Source: a virus (lineage: Duplodnaviria > Heunggongvirae > Uroviricota > Caudoviricetes). Taken from it: a stretch of DNA of 64,000 nt. The stretch lies in IMG/VR virus record IMGVR_UViG_3300032155_000026, positions 12,916 to 76,915 of that record, one strand, 5' to 3'. Of this stretch, positions 8,096-18,288 are shown one piece after another; the first letter of the stretch is position 1, and every line of letters begins with the position of its first letter. The notes beneath the pieces were generated by a model that was not told the DNA's origin, did no database searches, and saw only the letters and a list, made by a program, of their open reading frames with translations. The translations under genes were made by a program, and so were the position numbers.

Positions 8096-9667
8096 GTGCG
8101 AAAGATCTCGAGCTACATCAAAGCGGGGTATCCCGTACTCTACGTGCAGACGGTCGAACAGGAGCGGGCGCTCCGGTCGCTGCTCACGGACCTGAAGGAG
8201 TCGGGGTTGAGTAGCGACCTCGAAGTCTTCATCTGGAAGATCACGACCGGTCTTTACCCGTACCTGGCGACGAACCCCGAAGCCGACCGCGTGGCCCAGG
8301 ATTTCCGGGAGGCTCTCGGCTGGATCAGCAAGGGGCAGGACGGGACGCCGCGTCCCGACACGGTCTACGTGTTCTTCAACGTCAAGGAGATGCTGCAGAA
8401 CCCGGCGAACCGCCAGCAGTTCCAGGACACAGCTTACGACATCCGCACGGTCGGGTCGCACATCATCGTGGTCGGCGGTCACATCGACCTTCCCGAAGAG
8501 CTGACCGACGTGGTGACCTTCGTGGACTGCCCGATGCCCACGAAGAGCGAGATCAAGGCCGTCTTCGCCAAGATGATCGCCAAATACAAGGAGCACATTC
8601 CCGAAAAGATCGAGCCCGCCCACCTGGATTCGGCCGCGTGCAACGCCGTCGGCCTGTCGGAGTTCAAGGCCGAGAACGCGGTGTCTCTCTCCATCGTGGA
8701 AAGCCGCAGTCTCGACGTCGACCTCCTGCGGGCCGAGAAGCAGGCGGCGGTCAAGCAGTCCGGTGTCCTGGAGTACGTGCATCACACGGAGAGCATGGAC
8801 TCGCTGGGCGGGTTCGACGTGCTCAAGGCGTTCGTGGGGAAGCGCAAGGGCTACTACGAGAACGTCGAGCGCGCCGAGGAGTTCGGCCTGCGGCCCCCGA
8901 AGGGGTTGATGCTCGTCGGCCTGGCCGGCACCGGCAAATCCCTCTCGGCCAAGGCGATCAGCGCCGCCCTCCAGCTGCCGCTGTTCAAATTCAACATCGG
9001 TGCCGTCTTCAAGGGCATCGTCGGCGCGTCCGAGGCGGCTGTGCGCGACGCGCTCAAGCTGGCAGAAACGGTTTCTCCCTGCGTGCTTCTGCTCGACGAG
9101 TTCGAAAAGGGGTTCTCCGGGCTGGAGTCGAGCGGCAAGACCGACTCCGGCGTGACGTCCCGCGTTATCCAGCAGCTTCTGACCTGGATGCAGGACACCA
9201 GGGCGCCGATCTACAAGGTGGCCACCTGCAACACGATTCGCAACCTGGACGCCGCGCTGTTCCGGCGCGGTCGCTGGGACGCCGTCTTCGCCGTCGACCT
9301 GCCCAACGTGCGGGAGCGGTCAGAGATCTTCTCCATCCACCTGCAGAAGCGCGGTCGTAACCCCGATGCGTTCGACCTCAAGGCGCTCGCCGCGGGCTCG
9401 ACCGACTTCGTCGGCGCAGAGATCGAGTCGGTGGTCGACGAGGCCTTGTACAACGCGTTCAACGACGGTACGGACCTTCAGACGAGCCACCTGCTGGGCG
9501 TGTGCAAGACGGTGGTCCCCATCGCCAAGACCGACAAGGAGGACGTCGCGCAGTTCCGCCACTGGATGAGGGAGCGGGCCACGCCGGTGTCGTCGCCCGA
9601 CGCCTCCGAAAGCCGCGGCGGCAAGGGGCGGGCCATTCGCGTGGCTGATGGCGCCGGTGTTCACTAA
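8096..9667 (+). CDS. AAA+ family ATPase
   Basis: Walker A GLAGTGKS, Walker B VLLLDEF, arginine-finger region. GTG 8096 after GGAGG. Confidence 0.75.
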   Translation: MRKISSYIKAGYPVLYVQTVEQERALRSLLTDLKESGLSSDLEVFIWKITTGLYPYLATNPEADRVAQDFREALGWISKGQDGTPRPDTVYVFFNVKEMLQNPANRQQFQDTAYDIRTVGSHIIVVGGHIDLPEELTDVVTFVDCPMPTKSEIKAVFAKMIAKYKEHIPEKIEPAHLDSAACNAVGLSEFKAENAVSLSIVESRSLDVDLLRAEKQAAVKQSGVLEYVHHTESMDSLGGFDVLKAFVGKRKGYYENVERAEEFGLRPPKGLMLVGLAGTGKSLSAKAISAALQLPLFKFNIGAVFKGIVGASEAAVRDALKLAETVSPCVLLLDEFEKGFSGLESSGKTDSGVTSRVIQQLLTWMQDTRAPIYKVATCNTIRNLDAALFRRGRWDAVFAVDLPNVRERSEIFSIHLQKRGRNPDAFDLKALAAGSTDFVGAEIESVVDEALYNAFNDGTDLQTSHLLGVCKTVVPIAKTDKEDVAQFRHWMRERATPVSSPDASESRGGKGRAIRVADGAGVH

Positions 9668-9745
9668 ACGTCGCAAAATGGTTGATCTTCGCGTCACCTT
9701 TTGCTAGGTTTGAAATAGGGGATATCCACCCCAAAACACGCAAGT

Positions 9746-9763
9746 GGTGCAATCGATTGCACC
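9746..9763. repeat. palindrome copy 4 (perfect)
   Basis: 12 nt upstream of ATG 9775; abuts the RBS. Confidence 0.9.
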
Positions 9764-9774
9764 AGGAGGGCAAC

Positions 9775-10683
9775 ATGGCAAAGGGCAAGGAAAAGGCAAA
9801 GGGCAAGGAAAAGGCCAAGGCGAAGGAAAAGGCCAAGGCGAAACAGTCTGCTACCGAGCAGGCCCCGGCCGTGTCCGACGAGCGGGTGCTCGACGGCGAG
9901 CTGCTCGGCCCCGAGTCGTCCGACAGGGCCACGCAGGTTCGCGAGATGATCGAGGGCGCGGTCAACAATATGACCGTCGCGTTCTACGATCTGGCCGTCG
10001 GCCTGTACGAGGCGTACGCGAAGAACTACGCGCAGATCTGGGGCTACCAGAACTTCGAGGCGTACGTGACCGCCCGCCTGGACATGAAGTACCGCCGGGC
10101 GGTCTATCTGGTGGACTGCGGCAAGGCGATCGTGGAGATCGGCATCGACCGCGAGAAGGTTCAGCACATCGGCTGGACGAAGTTCAAGGAGATCTCGGCC
10201 CTGATCCAGAAGAAGCCCGAGGAGGCCGACCGCTACCTCGCGCTGGCCGAGGGCTTTTCCGCCTCCCAGCTGAAGGAGGAGCTCCGCAAGGAGATCGAGA
10301 TCAAGCAGGGGCGGGAGGCCACCGGCGGCGTCATGCGCATGTCGCTGAAGTTCGAGGGCGACGCCATGAACACCGTGGCCGACGCGATCCGCATCGCCAA
10401 CGGCGAGCTGGGCAAGGAAGACGTCCACGCGTCCATCGGCCACATCTGCGCAGAATGGCTGATGGCCAAGAGCGCGGTCGGCGCGGCGTCGAGCCTCGAC
10501 GACTGGCTGGCCTACCTCGAGCGGACCTACGGCGTCCGCCTCCAGCGTGTCACCAGCGAGGAGTCTCTGGAGTCGCTGCTGGAAGGCGGCGAGGCCAGCG
10601 AGGCCGAGGAAGCCAGCATCGAGTCCATGCTCGGCGGCGAGGAAGACAACGACGTGCGCAAGCTGCTCGGCGTGGACGTCTAG
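9775..10683 (+). CDS. acidic protein with N-terminal K/E/A-rich repeat tail
   Basis: ATG 9775 after CCAGGAGGG. MAKGKEKAKGKEKAKAKEKAKAK N-terminus, then globular and acidic C-terminus. Confidence 0.55.
   Translation: MAKGKEKAKGKEKAKAKEKAKAKQSATEQAPAVSDERVLDGELLGPESSDRATQVREMIEGAVNNMTVAFYDLAVGLYEAYAKNYAQIWGYQNFEAYVTARLDMKYRRAVYLVDCGKAIVEIGIDREKVQHIGWTKFKEISALIQKKPEEADRYLALAEGFSASQLKEELRKEIEIKQGREATGGVMRMSLKFEGDAMNTVADAIRIANGELGKEDVHASIGHICAEWLMAKSAVGAASSLDDWLAYLERTYGVRLQRVTSEESLESLLEGGEASEAEEASIESMLGGEEDNDVRKLLGVDV
9778..9843 (+). repeat. 18-bp tandem coding repeat (aagggcaaggaaaaggca-like x4)
   Basis: Direct repeats encoding KGKEKA units. Confidence 0.7.
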
Positions 10684-10748
10684 TCGATCTGAACCAGGGT
10701 GACCGCGGCGGGCACCGCGGTCACCTGACAGGCAGCTGTGAGGAAGTC

Positions 10749-11390
10749 ATGAAGGATTTTTTAGAGGCGTTGTCCAGAGGACCGACGGACTGCTTCCAAT
10801 ACGCAATGCGCGAACTGGACGCTGGGAACGACAGGGGGCTGCACGCAGCGATGCGCAAGGCCGTCTGTCGTTATTTTTGGTGGATGGCCGGAGAGTTCTT
10901 CATCCTGGAGGGAGACCTTGGATGGGGACCAGGGCATCGTGAGTACGACGGCGACGCGCCGTTCCCGCCCAGAATCTGCGGGTACTGGCGTAACGTGGAC
11001 GCCTTTCTACACGATCTTGGATGCCTTCGGCGATCGCGTGCAGTCGAGGCCTTGGCCGGCGCACGGTGGGACCGCGCGAACACTTCGGTTGAGGCCCGCA
11101 CGCTCCGGTTCCTCTACGCACGGTTGCACACGGACGCGGAGGTACTCAACTACCTGTACGAGAGGCTGGCCCTTTCGAGGTCGGAGTATGAGGTAGGTGC
11201 CGCGCGCGTCTTCATGGGGCTGGTCAAGGATGACCCGGCGACGGCCCCGCTGGCGTGCGCGGGCCTCGCGCTGCTTTTGGCGAAGCAGCTGCGGCGCGTC
11301 AGCGTTCGCAAGGAAGTCGCGCTTGCCCGCCGGCAGGCGCGTGTGGCCACCCAGCCGAAGGAGTCGCTCTTCGCGCAGTGTGTTGCCTAG
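10749..11390 (+). CDS. hypothetical protein
   Basis: ATG 10749 after GAGGAAG. Only the 3' part of track ORF 9744..11390 is protein-like. Confidence 0.5.
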   Translation: MKDFLEALSRGPTDCFQYAMRELDAGNDRGLHAAMRKAVCRYFWWMAGEFFILEGDLGWGPGHREYDGDAPFPPRICGYWRNVDAFLHDLGCLRRSRAVEALAGARWDRANTSVEARTLRFLYARLHTDAEVLNYLYERLALSRSEYEVGAARVFMGLVKDDPATAPLACAGLALLLAKQLRRVSVRKEVALARRQARVATQPKESLFAQCVA

Positions 11391-11402
11391 TACCCGCGCA
11401 GG

Positions 11403-11432
11403 AGCCCCGTTCTACTTGGACGGGGCTTTTTT
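11403..11432 (+). terminator. rho-independent terminator
   Basis: AGCCCCGT-tctacttgg-ACGGGGCT hairpin followed by TTTTTT. Confidence 0.65.
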
Positions 11433-11521
11433 CAGGTCGCGAATAACGAGTCGCTCTCGAGTTTTCGAGAGGAACCCCTTATCATCCCCTGCACGCAGGG
11501 CGAAATGCTTTAGGAGGCAAT

Positions 11522-12349
11522 ATGTCCGAGAAGAGTGACCCGCGAGTTCTTGAAGTCCGGATGGTGCCGATCACCGAGATCCACCCGAACCCTTGGAATC
11601 CCAACGTCATGAGCGACGAGTTCTTCAACATGTTGACGTCCGACGTCTCCGGTGAGGATGTTGGTTTTGCGCAGCCCATCCTGGTGGCCGCGCAGGACGA
11701 CGGGACGTTCCGTATCATCGACGGAGAGAACCGGTACGAGGCCGCAAGGCTGTCTGGGTTCACGGAGATCCCGTGCATGATCGCGCAGGGGAAGCTGGCG
11801 ACGGACGAGGGCCTGCAGAAGATCCAAACCGTGCGCATGAACAAGCTGCACGGGCAGATGGACAAGCGCAAGTTCGAGGATCTGGTGCGGGGGCTGGCCA
11901 AGGAGTATACGCTGGACCAGCTTGCGGACGCCCTGGTGTTCACTGACCCGACCAAGCTCGAGGCCATGCTGGACGAGACGCGGCGCAACTTGCCGCCTGA
12001 GATGCGCAAGGAGTTCGACAAGGCCAAGGAAGAGATCAAGACGGTGGACGATCTTTCGCAGGTGCTGAATCGGCTGTTCACGCGCTACGGCTCCACGCTG
12101 CCGTACCGCTTCATGGTCCTGGATTTCGGCGGGAAGAAGCATATGTGGATTCGCTTCCCCGACGACAAGGCGTACGGCGCGGTCCTGGAGAAGGCCCGGC
12201 TGTGCCAGACCAGCGGGGTGACGTTCAGCTCCGTGCTCCTCCAGGCGCTGGCACGCGTGGACGCGGAATGGATCGACGAGGCCCTGCCGCACCTGGAGGC
12301 CGCTGAGCTCGAAACGGGCACGGAGGACTCGACAAACGCGGCACTCTAG
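11522..12349 (+). CDS. ParB-like nuclease domain protein
   Basis: ParB N-terminal domain signature PITEIHPNPWNPN; GGAGG RBS. Confidence 0.7.
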   Translation: MSEKSDPRVLEVRMVPITEIHPNPWNPNVMSDEFFNMLTSDVSGEDVGFAQPILVAAQDDGTFRIIDGENRYEAARLSGFTEIPCMIAQGKLATDEGLQKIQTVRMNKLHGQMDKRKFEDLVRGLAKEYTLDQLADALVFTDPTKLEAMLDETRRNLPPEMRKEFDKAKEEIKTVDDLSQVLNRLFTRYGSTLPYRFMVLDFGGKKHMWIRFPDDKAYGAVLEKARLCQTSGVTFSSVLLQALARVDAEWIDEALPHLEAAELETGTEDSTNAAL

Positions 12350-12350
12350 G

Positions 12351-12380
12351 TTGACGTAACCAGTTGGAATCAGTTAAAAT
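12351..12380 (+). promoter_or_regulatory. sigma70-like promoter (TTGACG-N17-TTAAAAT)
   Basis: Consensus-like hexamers 38 nt upstream of ATG 12418. Confidence 0.5.
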
Positions 12381-12417
12381 ACTCCTGTAGTGGAGAGATC
12401 CTACGCAAGGAGGGTTT

Positions 12418-13407
12418 ATGACAGCGGAGGCGAGAGTGTACGGGGCGCGGTCAGCCATTCAGAAAGCCGTCAGGCGGGGCGACGTGTCGCTCGGCCTGGC
12501 GTGCTTTGATTTGCTGAACCGGGACAAGAAACAGCAGGAGTGGCTGCGATTCCGGCTCCCCATCCTGGTGGCCGAGGACTGCTGGACGATGGCCGGCGAT
12601 TTCGCCAAGGCCAAGGCGGCGAGCAAGAACGACCCGCAGGCGCTGCGGCGGTTCATGGCGCGACTGCTCATCGCGAAAAAGAACCAGGACGCCAACTGGC
12701 TCTGGTCGATGGCCAAGGACGGCGCGTATCGCGTGGAGCACCCCGAGTGGCACCTCATCAACGAGATGATCACGCGTGCCGACGAGAACGGCGGGCCCAA
12801 GCGCGTGGCGCTTGACCAGCTTCTCGATCTCGCTGAGCGCGTGACTGGCGTGCGCGACCTGACGGAGTACGAGCGGGGGGCGGTACGCGTTCTGGACGAG
12901 AAGCGTCGTATCGGTGGGCTGGAGAGCGACCCGTACATGTGCCTGACGGCCATCGGGCTGATTCACGCGCGGCGTCTTCCGGAAGCGGGCGTGGCAGCCA
13001 TGCTCGACGAGCAAAAGGCGGTGTACAAGCAGGTGTGCCTCGTGGAGGCCCCCAAATTTCCGGAGTGGTGCTGGGACATGCACACCAGGGCTGGAAAAAT
13101 GGCCATGTCGGCGTTCATGAAGCAGGTGCGTCATCCAGTCATCGGCACGCGGGACCGACTGATCGAGGTCTGGTTCCATCTGGAGAGCGCCGCGATTGGC
13201 ATGAACGTCGTGGCCGAGCGTCTGGACCCGGCTGACGCCGCGCGGCCGCGTTTCGATCAGGAAATCTGGTACGGGCCCGGCAAGACGAACATGGCAAGGA
13301 TCTGCGGGGCCCCGCTCGACGAGATCACGGCCCTGTGGGAAAAAGAGTGGCGACCGAGGCTGTTCGAGCTGGTCCGGTGGGCCATGAAGAAGGAGGGTGT
13401 TGCGTGA
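12418..13407 (+). CDS. hypothetical protein
   Basis: 329-aa ORF with AGGAGGG RBS. Stop overlaps the next start (GTGA). Confidence 0.55.
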   Translation: MTAEARVYGARSAIQKAVRRGDVSLGLACFDLLNRDKKQQEWLRFRLPILVAEDCWTMAGDFAKAKAASKNDPQALRRFMARLLIAKKNQDANWLWSMAKDGAYRVEHPEWHLINEMITRADENGGPKRVALDQLLDLAERVTGVRDLTEYERGAVRVLDEKRRIGGLESDPYMCLTAIGLIHARRLPEAGVAAMLDEQKAVYKQVCLVEAPKFPEWCWDMHTRAGKMAMSAFMKQVRHPVIGTRDRLIEVWFHLESAAIGMNVVAERLDPADAARPRFDQEIWYGPGKTNMARICGAPLDEITALWEKEWRPRLFELVRWAMKKEGVA

Positions 13408-14873
13408 ACGTGTTGCTGCTCCCGCAGCTGTATTCCGCGAGCAATTTATTCGGCGTGAGCATGGTCAACTACCTGTACGACCTCGTGTCGGTCGTGAACG
13501 CCGTACGCGACGATGTACACTGGTGGTTCGGAGTCCCTGAGACGTCGGACGTTGTACGCTGGTCGGCAGAGGATTTTGCCGGGCTGGACCGTGTGACGGT
13601 GTTTCCTGTCTTGCCGAACGGCGGCGCGAACCGCTCCACGGTCAGGGATGGTTTTGCGGGAGTGGATTACCCGTTCTACAGTCGGGAGTGTCTGCGGCTC
13701 TTCGCGGACCTCCCGCGCTACCTACAGTTCGACGTGGTCCTGTCCAACTTCTACACAGCGCAGACGGTCCCGGCGCTGCAGGCGAGCTATCCGCCCGCGT
13801 ACCACTACTTGCTGCCGAAAGTCGGGCAGCCCACGGTCATCAACCTGCTCACGGAGACTTGGCTGGACAAATCGCTGAGTCAGCTGTGTGCGCCGGCTGG
13901 TCGGCAGGCCGTGGTATTCAGTGCCGCGGCCAGCGACATCAACCTGGTGTTGACCCGCGCTGATGCTGACGAGCTCGTCCTGGAGGCTCGCAAACTCCTC
14001 GCACCCGCGCTCGCGCGGTCGCTACGCCCGCTCGTACAGAGGCCGGTGCTGGACAGCGCGAAGGTGCCGGTGTTCGAGAGGCCGGTGGGCAGGCGGACCT
14101 TCTTTCACGGCGGGACGCTGGAAGCCAAGCGCCACGTGCGCGAGCTCGTGGAGCATGTCGGGAGACTCGCAGCAGTGTGCGACGTGCGCCTGCTGAACAC
14201 GACGCAGCTGCAGACTGCCCCTGCGTGGACAGAGGGCAGGCTCTCGTACCTCGAGATGCGCACCGGGTGCAATCGATTGCACTACCTGGAGGCGTTGGCC
14301 GACGGCGATTTTTGCTTGTGCATGGTGGATTACGAGGGCACTGGGCTGGGCTACACGGAAGCCATTCTGTCCGGTATGACGCCGGTGTGGCTGAGGCGTC
14401 CGTGGAACGTCGGGAGGCTTCCTGACGACTACCCGTTCTTCTGCCGTGGGAAGGCCGAGATGCACCAGGCGATGCACTTCTGCGCGACGTCCCCTGAGCG
14501 CGCCAAGGAGCTCGGGAAGCAGGCCGTGGAGTACGTGCGCAAGCTCTATGACAAGGAATCGCAGGGGCTCGAATGGTCGGACCTGCTCGACCAGGCTGCC
14601 GAGATCCGCGCGGGCAAGACGCGGGCCTTGGCGAGTGGCCACTTCATGACCGCGCTTGTGCGAGGAGGGCTGGCGACGCTTCCAGAACGGTTCACGACCA
14701 GAGAGCTGCTGGCCGCCGTAGCCGCACAGTCCGAGAAATTGACAGTGCAGAAGCTGGCGGCACAGGGTGCGCAGGTGCGCGCGTTGGCCATGTCGTTTGG
14801 AGCGTGCCCGCTCACTGGCGACCTTGCCGATGACGGGCTGTGGGTGCGCCAGGGAGGGCAGGCTGATGGATAG
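13404..14873 (+). CDS. putative glycosyltransferase-like protein (paralog of 15588..17030)
   Basis: GTG 13404 after AGGAGGG. C-terminal ...GTGLGYTEAILSGMTPVW...LPDDYPFF region parallels ...LSAGLIVLINKK...LPKDYPWYW in the paralog. Confidence 0.45.
   Translation: MNVLLLPQLYSASNLFGVSMVNYLYDLVSVVNAVRDDVHWWFGVPETSDVVRWSAEDFAGLDRVTVFPVLPNGGANRSTVRDGFAGVDYPFYSRECLRLFADLPRYLQFDVVLSNFYTAQTVPALQASYPPAYHYLLPKVGQPTVINLLTETWLDKSLSQLCAPAGRQAVVFSAAASDINLVLTRADADELVLEARKLLAPALARSLRPLVQRPVLDSAKVPVFERPVGRRTFFHGGTLEAKRHVRELVEHVGRLAAVCDVRLLNTTQLQTAPAWTEGRLSYLEMRTGCNRLHYLEALADGDFCLCMVDYEGTGLGYTEAILSGMTPVWLRRPWNVGRLPDDYPFFCRGKAEMHQAMHFCATSPERAKELGKQAVEYVRKLYDKESQGLEWSDLLDQAAEIRAGKTRALASGHFMTALVRGGLATLPERFTTRELLAAVAAQSEKLTVQKLAAQGAQVRALAMSFGACPLTGDLADDGLWVRQGGQADG
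14266..14283. repeat. palindrome copy 5 (17/18)
   Basis: Inside the glycosyltransferase-like gene. Confidence 0.85.
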
Positions 14874-15591
14874 CCGAGCATTTTTTGCCGAGCGCGTGCG
14901 GCGCTGCGAGGGGGAAGACGTCTTCCACTATTGCGACGAGTGGATGGACCGGTACGCCTGGGAGCTGCGAACGACACTGTTCGACAAGCATGTGGGTGTC
15001 CGTGGCTTAGACGTTGCGGACTTCGGGTGCGGCAGTGGCCGCTGGCTCGAGCGCTGCCTGGCCGCCGGCGCGCGCAGTGTCGTTGGTGTCGAGCAGGGAG
15101 CTGAGATTGCTGCTGTGGCCCGCCGCAGGCTGCCGACAGTTCCTATTTTCGACTGCGGCGCTGACCATCACGCACTCCCTGCCTTCTTAGGGGAGGCCTC
15201 CTGTGACCTGGTCCTGATGATCACGTCGTTCATGTACTGCAACACCGGGCGGTTGCGCATGCTCCGCAACGCCGGGGACGTCTTGCGGAATGGTGGGCGT
15301 CTGGTCATGATCGACTGGTTGTCTGATCATGTTCCGTTGTACCAGCAGGGGCACCCGCACAAGGATATATGGACGCTGCCGACTGTCCTGGAGGAAGTGG
15401 CTGTGGCCGGGTTTCACGTCGTGGCCTCGCACCCCCTGTCGTGGGTGGACACCAGCGTCTTTCACTACCTCGGTAAGAACTGGCTAGCGTATCAGCTGAC
15501 CTGCGCGCTCGAGCGGCTGACGCCGTGGGTGCCACAGTCGTTGGTGAAGTACAGGCTGCTGATCCTCGAGGTCAATCGGAGGGAGTCATGA
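14866..15591 (+). CDS. class I SAM-dependent methyltransferase
   Basis: Motif I LDVADFGCGSGRW. ATG 14866 after GGGAGGG, overlapping the upstream stop. Confidence 0.65.
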   Translation: MDSRAFFAERVRRCEGEDVFHYCDEWMDRYAWELRTTLFDKHVGVRGLDVADFGCGSGRWLERCLAAGARSVVGVEQGAEIAAVARRRLPTVPIFDCGADHHALPAFLGEASCDLVLMITSFMYCNTGRLRMLRNAGDVLRNGGRLVMIDWLSDHVPLYQQGHPHKDIWTLPTVLEEVAVAGFHVVASHPLSWVDTSVFHYLGKNWLAYQLTCALERLTPWVPQSLVKYRLLILEVNRRES

Positions 15592-17030
15592 GATTTTTGG
15601 TTGTCCCAAGTTATGAATTCTCGGCCAATGTTCTCGCTGACTCGTCGTTCACCCTGACGCGCCGGATTCTCGATGCGCTGCCCGACGGCACGCATTCGCT
15701 GTTTGTCGTCCCGAAGCTGGGAGACAAGGGACACAGACGATACGAGGCGCATGGAGAGCTGCCGACGTCTCCCAGGTATTCGTTGATCCCAATCCCCATG
15801 TTCTCTGGAAAGGTTGCCTGCGAGCTTGGTCTGCCCGACGCGCTGCTGGACATGTTCAACCCGGTAGCGGGCCGACGGGTAGACTATGACGCTATATTCA
15901 CGACCAACGCGTCACTGGCTGGCAGGTTGGCACAGATGGGAAGCATGCCGCGTGGTGCGGTAACACGCCCGCCGGTGGTTTACTACGACTACGGGACGCC
16001 GTTCATCGGGACTGACTGCGATCTGGCTTATCTCAAGAGCGGTCCGGTTGATCGGGTGCTGCCTTTTTACGAAGGCCTCGCCGCGTCCGACCTGTGCGTG
16101 TTTTTCAATGACTGGACACGCATGAAGGCCCAGTCACAGTTCCGAAAGATTTTTTCCTCTGCGCTGTGCCGCGATTTCGACAGAAAAGCCAAGGTAATCC
16201 CGCTGATGTTTGCGGACGGGAAACTGCAGACCGCGATTGCTGACGTGACTCGAAGAAAGGAACTGACGGTGTATTGGGGAGGACGGCTCACCGGAACCAA
16301 GAATGTCACGCTGGCGGCTGAGGTGGTCGATTACATGTACTCGTTCGGGCATAAGGTCGAGATGGTGATCACCACGGCTGGCACGTGGGTCGACAAAGGC
16401 AAGCTACGAGTTGGCGAGTGCGCGAAGTTTCCCTCGCAGATAGAACTGCACAAGGGACTGCCGCAGGAGGACGCGTGGCGAATCATGGCCTCGTGCCATA
16501 TCTCGGTGTTCCCGCAGTCGCTGCGTTTCGGGCCCGCGGCCCCCATGGAACAGCTGAGTGCGGGGCTGATCGTGCTTATCAACAAGAAGGATTCGACGTC
16601 GGTCCTTCCCAAGGACTACCCGTGGTATTGGGATGGGGAGGCCGAGTTGCACGCGCTCCTGCGCCACGTCGTGCGCAACTACGAGGAGGAGCGCCAAAAG
16701 CTCCCGAAGTGGCAGTTGTATGCCCGGAGTCTGGCGTTAGACGCGAACATCGGGCGGTTGCACGATGAGGTGTCTGCGCTGGTGGCGAGGAATGACGCCG
16801 TTACGCGCCGTGTCAAGAATCAGCTGTTCGCCGGGCGCGCAGCTGAGGCCGTAGCTGGGCAGTCTTGGCTGCAGTACAGTGACGACCTCCTGGCCAACCA
16901 CGTCATTTTCAAAATGCTCAAGCACATGTTGTATCCAAACATCAAAACTCCTGCGATGTGGCCCGTGTATCAGCATCTGCGCGTTGCCGGGCGCATCGAC
17001 GACACGCTGCCGGTGCCGGTCATCAAGTAG
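15588..17030 (+). CDS. putative glycosyltransferase-like protein (paralog of 13404..14873)
   Basis: ATG 15588 (TCATGA overlap). Paralogous to the upstream gene. Confidence 0.45.
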   Translation: MRFLVVPSYEFSANVLADSSFTLTRRILDALPDGTHSLFVVPKLGDKGHRRYEAHGELPTSPRYSLIPIPMFSGKVACELGLPDALLDMFNPVAGRRVDYDAIFTTNASLAGRLAQMGSMPRGAVTRPPVVYYDYGTPFIGTDCDLAYLKSGPVDRVLPFYEGLAASDLCVFFNDWTRMKAQSQFRKIFSSALCRDFDRKAKVIPLMFADGKLQTAIADVTRRKELTVYWGGRLTGTKNVTLAAEVVDYMYSFGHKVEMVITTAGTWVDKGKLRVGECAKFPSQIELHKGLPQEDAWRIMASCHISVFPQSLRFGPAAPMEQLSAGLIVLINKKDSTSVLPKDYPWYWDGEAELHALLRHVVRNYEEERQKLPKWQLYARSLALDANIGRLHDEVSALVARNDAVTRRVKNQLFAGRAAEAVAGQSWLQYSDDLLANHVIFKMLKHMLYPNIKTPAMWPVYQHLRVAGRIDDTLPVPVIK

Positions 17031-17083
17031 CGACGTTGACGCCCGCGCGTCGTTGTTTCTTCTCATGGTGGAGAGGAGGCCGT

Positions 17084-17470
17084 ATGCCCGGAACCACCGA
17101 GATCCGGCCTTCGTGCAACACGTCGACTGTCGTTGACGGGCGCGGGGGCATTTTCACCTACCTGCTGCCGCTCCCAGTCGTTGAGGCGAACATGGTTTTC
17201 CTCAAGGCCGGGAAGCTGCGTGGGGAGCATTTTCATAAGGAATTCCACGAGTTCTTTTTGGTAGTCGCTGGAAAGGGCCTGTACGAGACCTGGGACGACG
17301 CTGGGCGCAAGACGCAGCGGCTGCTCACCGGTGGGGAGCTGCTGCACGTCAGGCCCGGCACGCCGCATGTGCTGCACGCGATCGAAGACATGACGTGCGT
17401 AGCGATGCTGACCAAGCGCTGGGACGATTGCGCCGAGCCTATTACGGCGTTTGCCGCCGAGGAGCTGTGA
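17084..17470 (+). CDS. cupin-fold protein, sugar 3,4-ketoisomerase-like (FdtA/WxcM-type)
   Basis: Small cupin with GEHFHKEFHEFF...GTPHVLHA metal-site-like His residues. ATG 17084 after GGAGAGGAGG. Confidence 0.5.
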   Translation: MPGTTEIRPSCNTSTVVDGRGGIFTYLLPLPVVEANMVFLKAGKLRGEHFHKEFHEFFLVVAGKGLYETWDDAGRKTQRLLTGGELLHVRPGTPHVLHAIEDMTCVAMLTKRWDDCAEPITAFAAEEL

Positions 17471-18288
17471 TGCTGCTGGCCTACCCAGAAGGAAGATCCT
17501 CTGTTTTCCGCCGCCGTTTCGCCCCCGCTGTCGCCAAGGTTTATGACATGGGGCTGACGGACGCGCCCGACCGCGCAGACCTGGTGTACATCTCCACGCC
17601 GCCGCGCACCCATTTCGCACTCGCGCGTAAGCATCTGGAGGCCGGTAGGCATGTGATCGTCGAGAAACCGGCTGTGTTTTCGCGCAATGAGGCTGAGCTG
17701 CTGATCGAACTGGCCGCACGCAAGGAGCTGGTGCTGGTCGAGAGTTTCCAGTTTCTGCACCATGCGCAGTGGCGGCTCGTCCCGTCCGGGCAGGCAAGCA
17801 GAGCCAGGTTTCTCGCACCGGTGCCGCTCGCCGGGTGGCGTGAGAACCCCCTGGAAGCCGGGGCGCTCGGCGATTTCGGCGTGTATCCGCTGCGGGCCTT
17901 TTTGGACAGGCAGGCGGGCATGGTGGAGACCGTGGAGGTCGACTGCTGCGTCCTCGTTGGCGGCGTGCCTACGCACGTGTCCGGCGTTGCTCGCTGCGGT
18001 GCCGCGGAGTGTGCGTTCACGGTGGGGTATTCGGAGCGCTTCGAGTCGACGTTCGGGATAGACGGGGTGGTCCTGCACAAGGCGTTCAACCCGCAGGCCG
18101 ACGAAGAAGTTTTCGTCCTTGGGAGTTCGGTGCAATCGATTGCATCGGACGGCTGGGTTCTGATGCTGAATCACGTGCTGGACATGTGCGCGTGTGCGGC
18201 GCTTCGCGTGCGGGCCCGGCACGACCTGTTGCGGCAGGCGGATGCGTTTGAGAAGCTGCGCAGGGCAGTCGAGGAGGCCGCGAAATGA
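17470..18288 (+). CDS. Gfo/Idh/MocA-like oxidoreductase, N-terminally short
   Basis: DLVYISTPPRTHFALARKHLEAGRHVIVEKP matches the family core. No GxGxxG Rossmann start. TGATG coupling to the cupin gene. Confidence 0.45.
   Translation: MLLAYPEGRSSVFRRRFAPAVAKVYDMGLTDAPDRADLVYISTPPRTHFALARKHLEAGRHVIVEKPAVFSRNEAELLIELAARKELVLVESFQFLHHAQWRLVPSGQASRARFLAPVPLAGWRENPLEAGALGDFGVYPLRAFLDRQAGMVETVEVDCCVLVGGVPTHVSGVARCGAAECAFTVGYSERFESTFGIDGVVLHKAFNPQADEEVFVLGSSVQSIASDGWVLMLNHVLDMCACAALRVRARHDLLRQADAFEKLRRAVEEAAK
18129..18146. repeat. palindrome copy 6, variant ...GCATc
   Basis: Inside the oxidoreductase gene. Confidence 0.8.

Noticed and set aside
9744-11390. 548-aa + ORF overlapping 9775..10683 in another frame
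   Set aside because: The first ~1 kb is Gly/Arg-rich frame artefact of the real gene 9775..10683. Only the part from ATG 10749 (with RBS) is protein-like, so it is annotated as 10749..11390.
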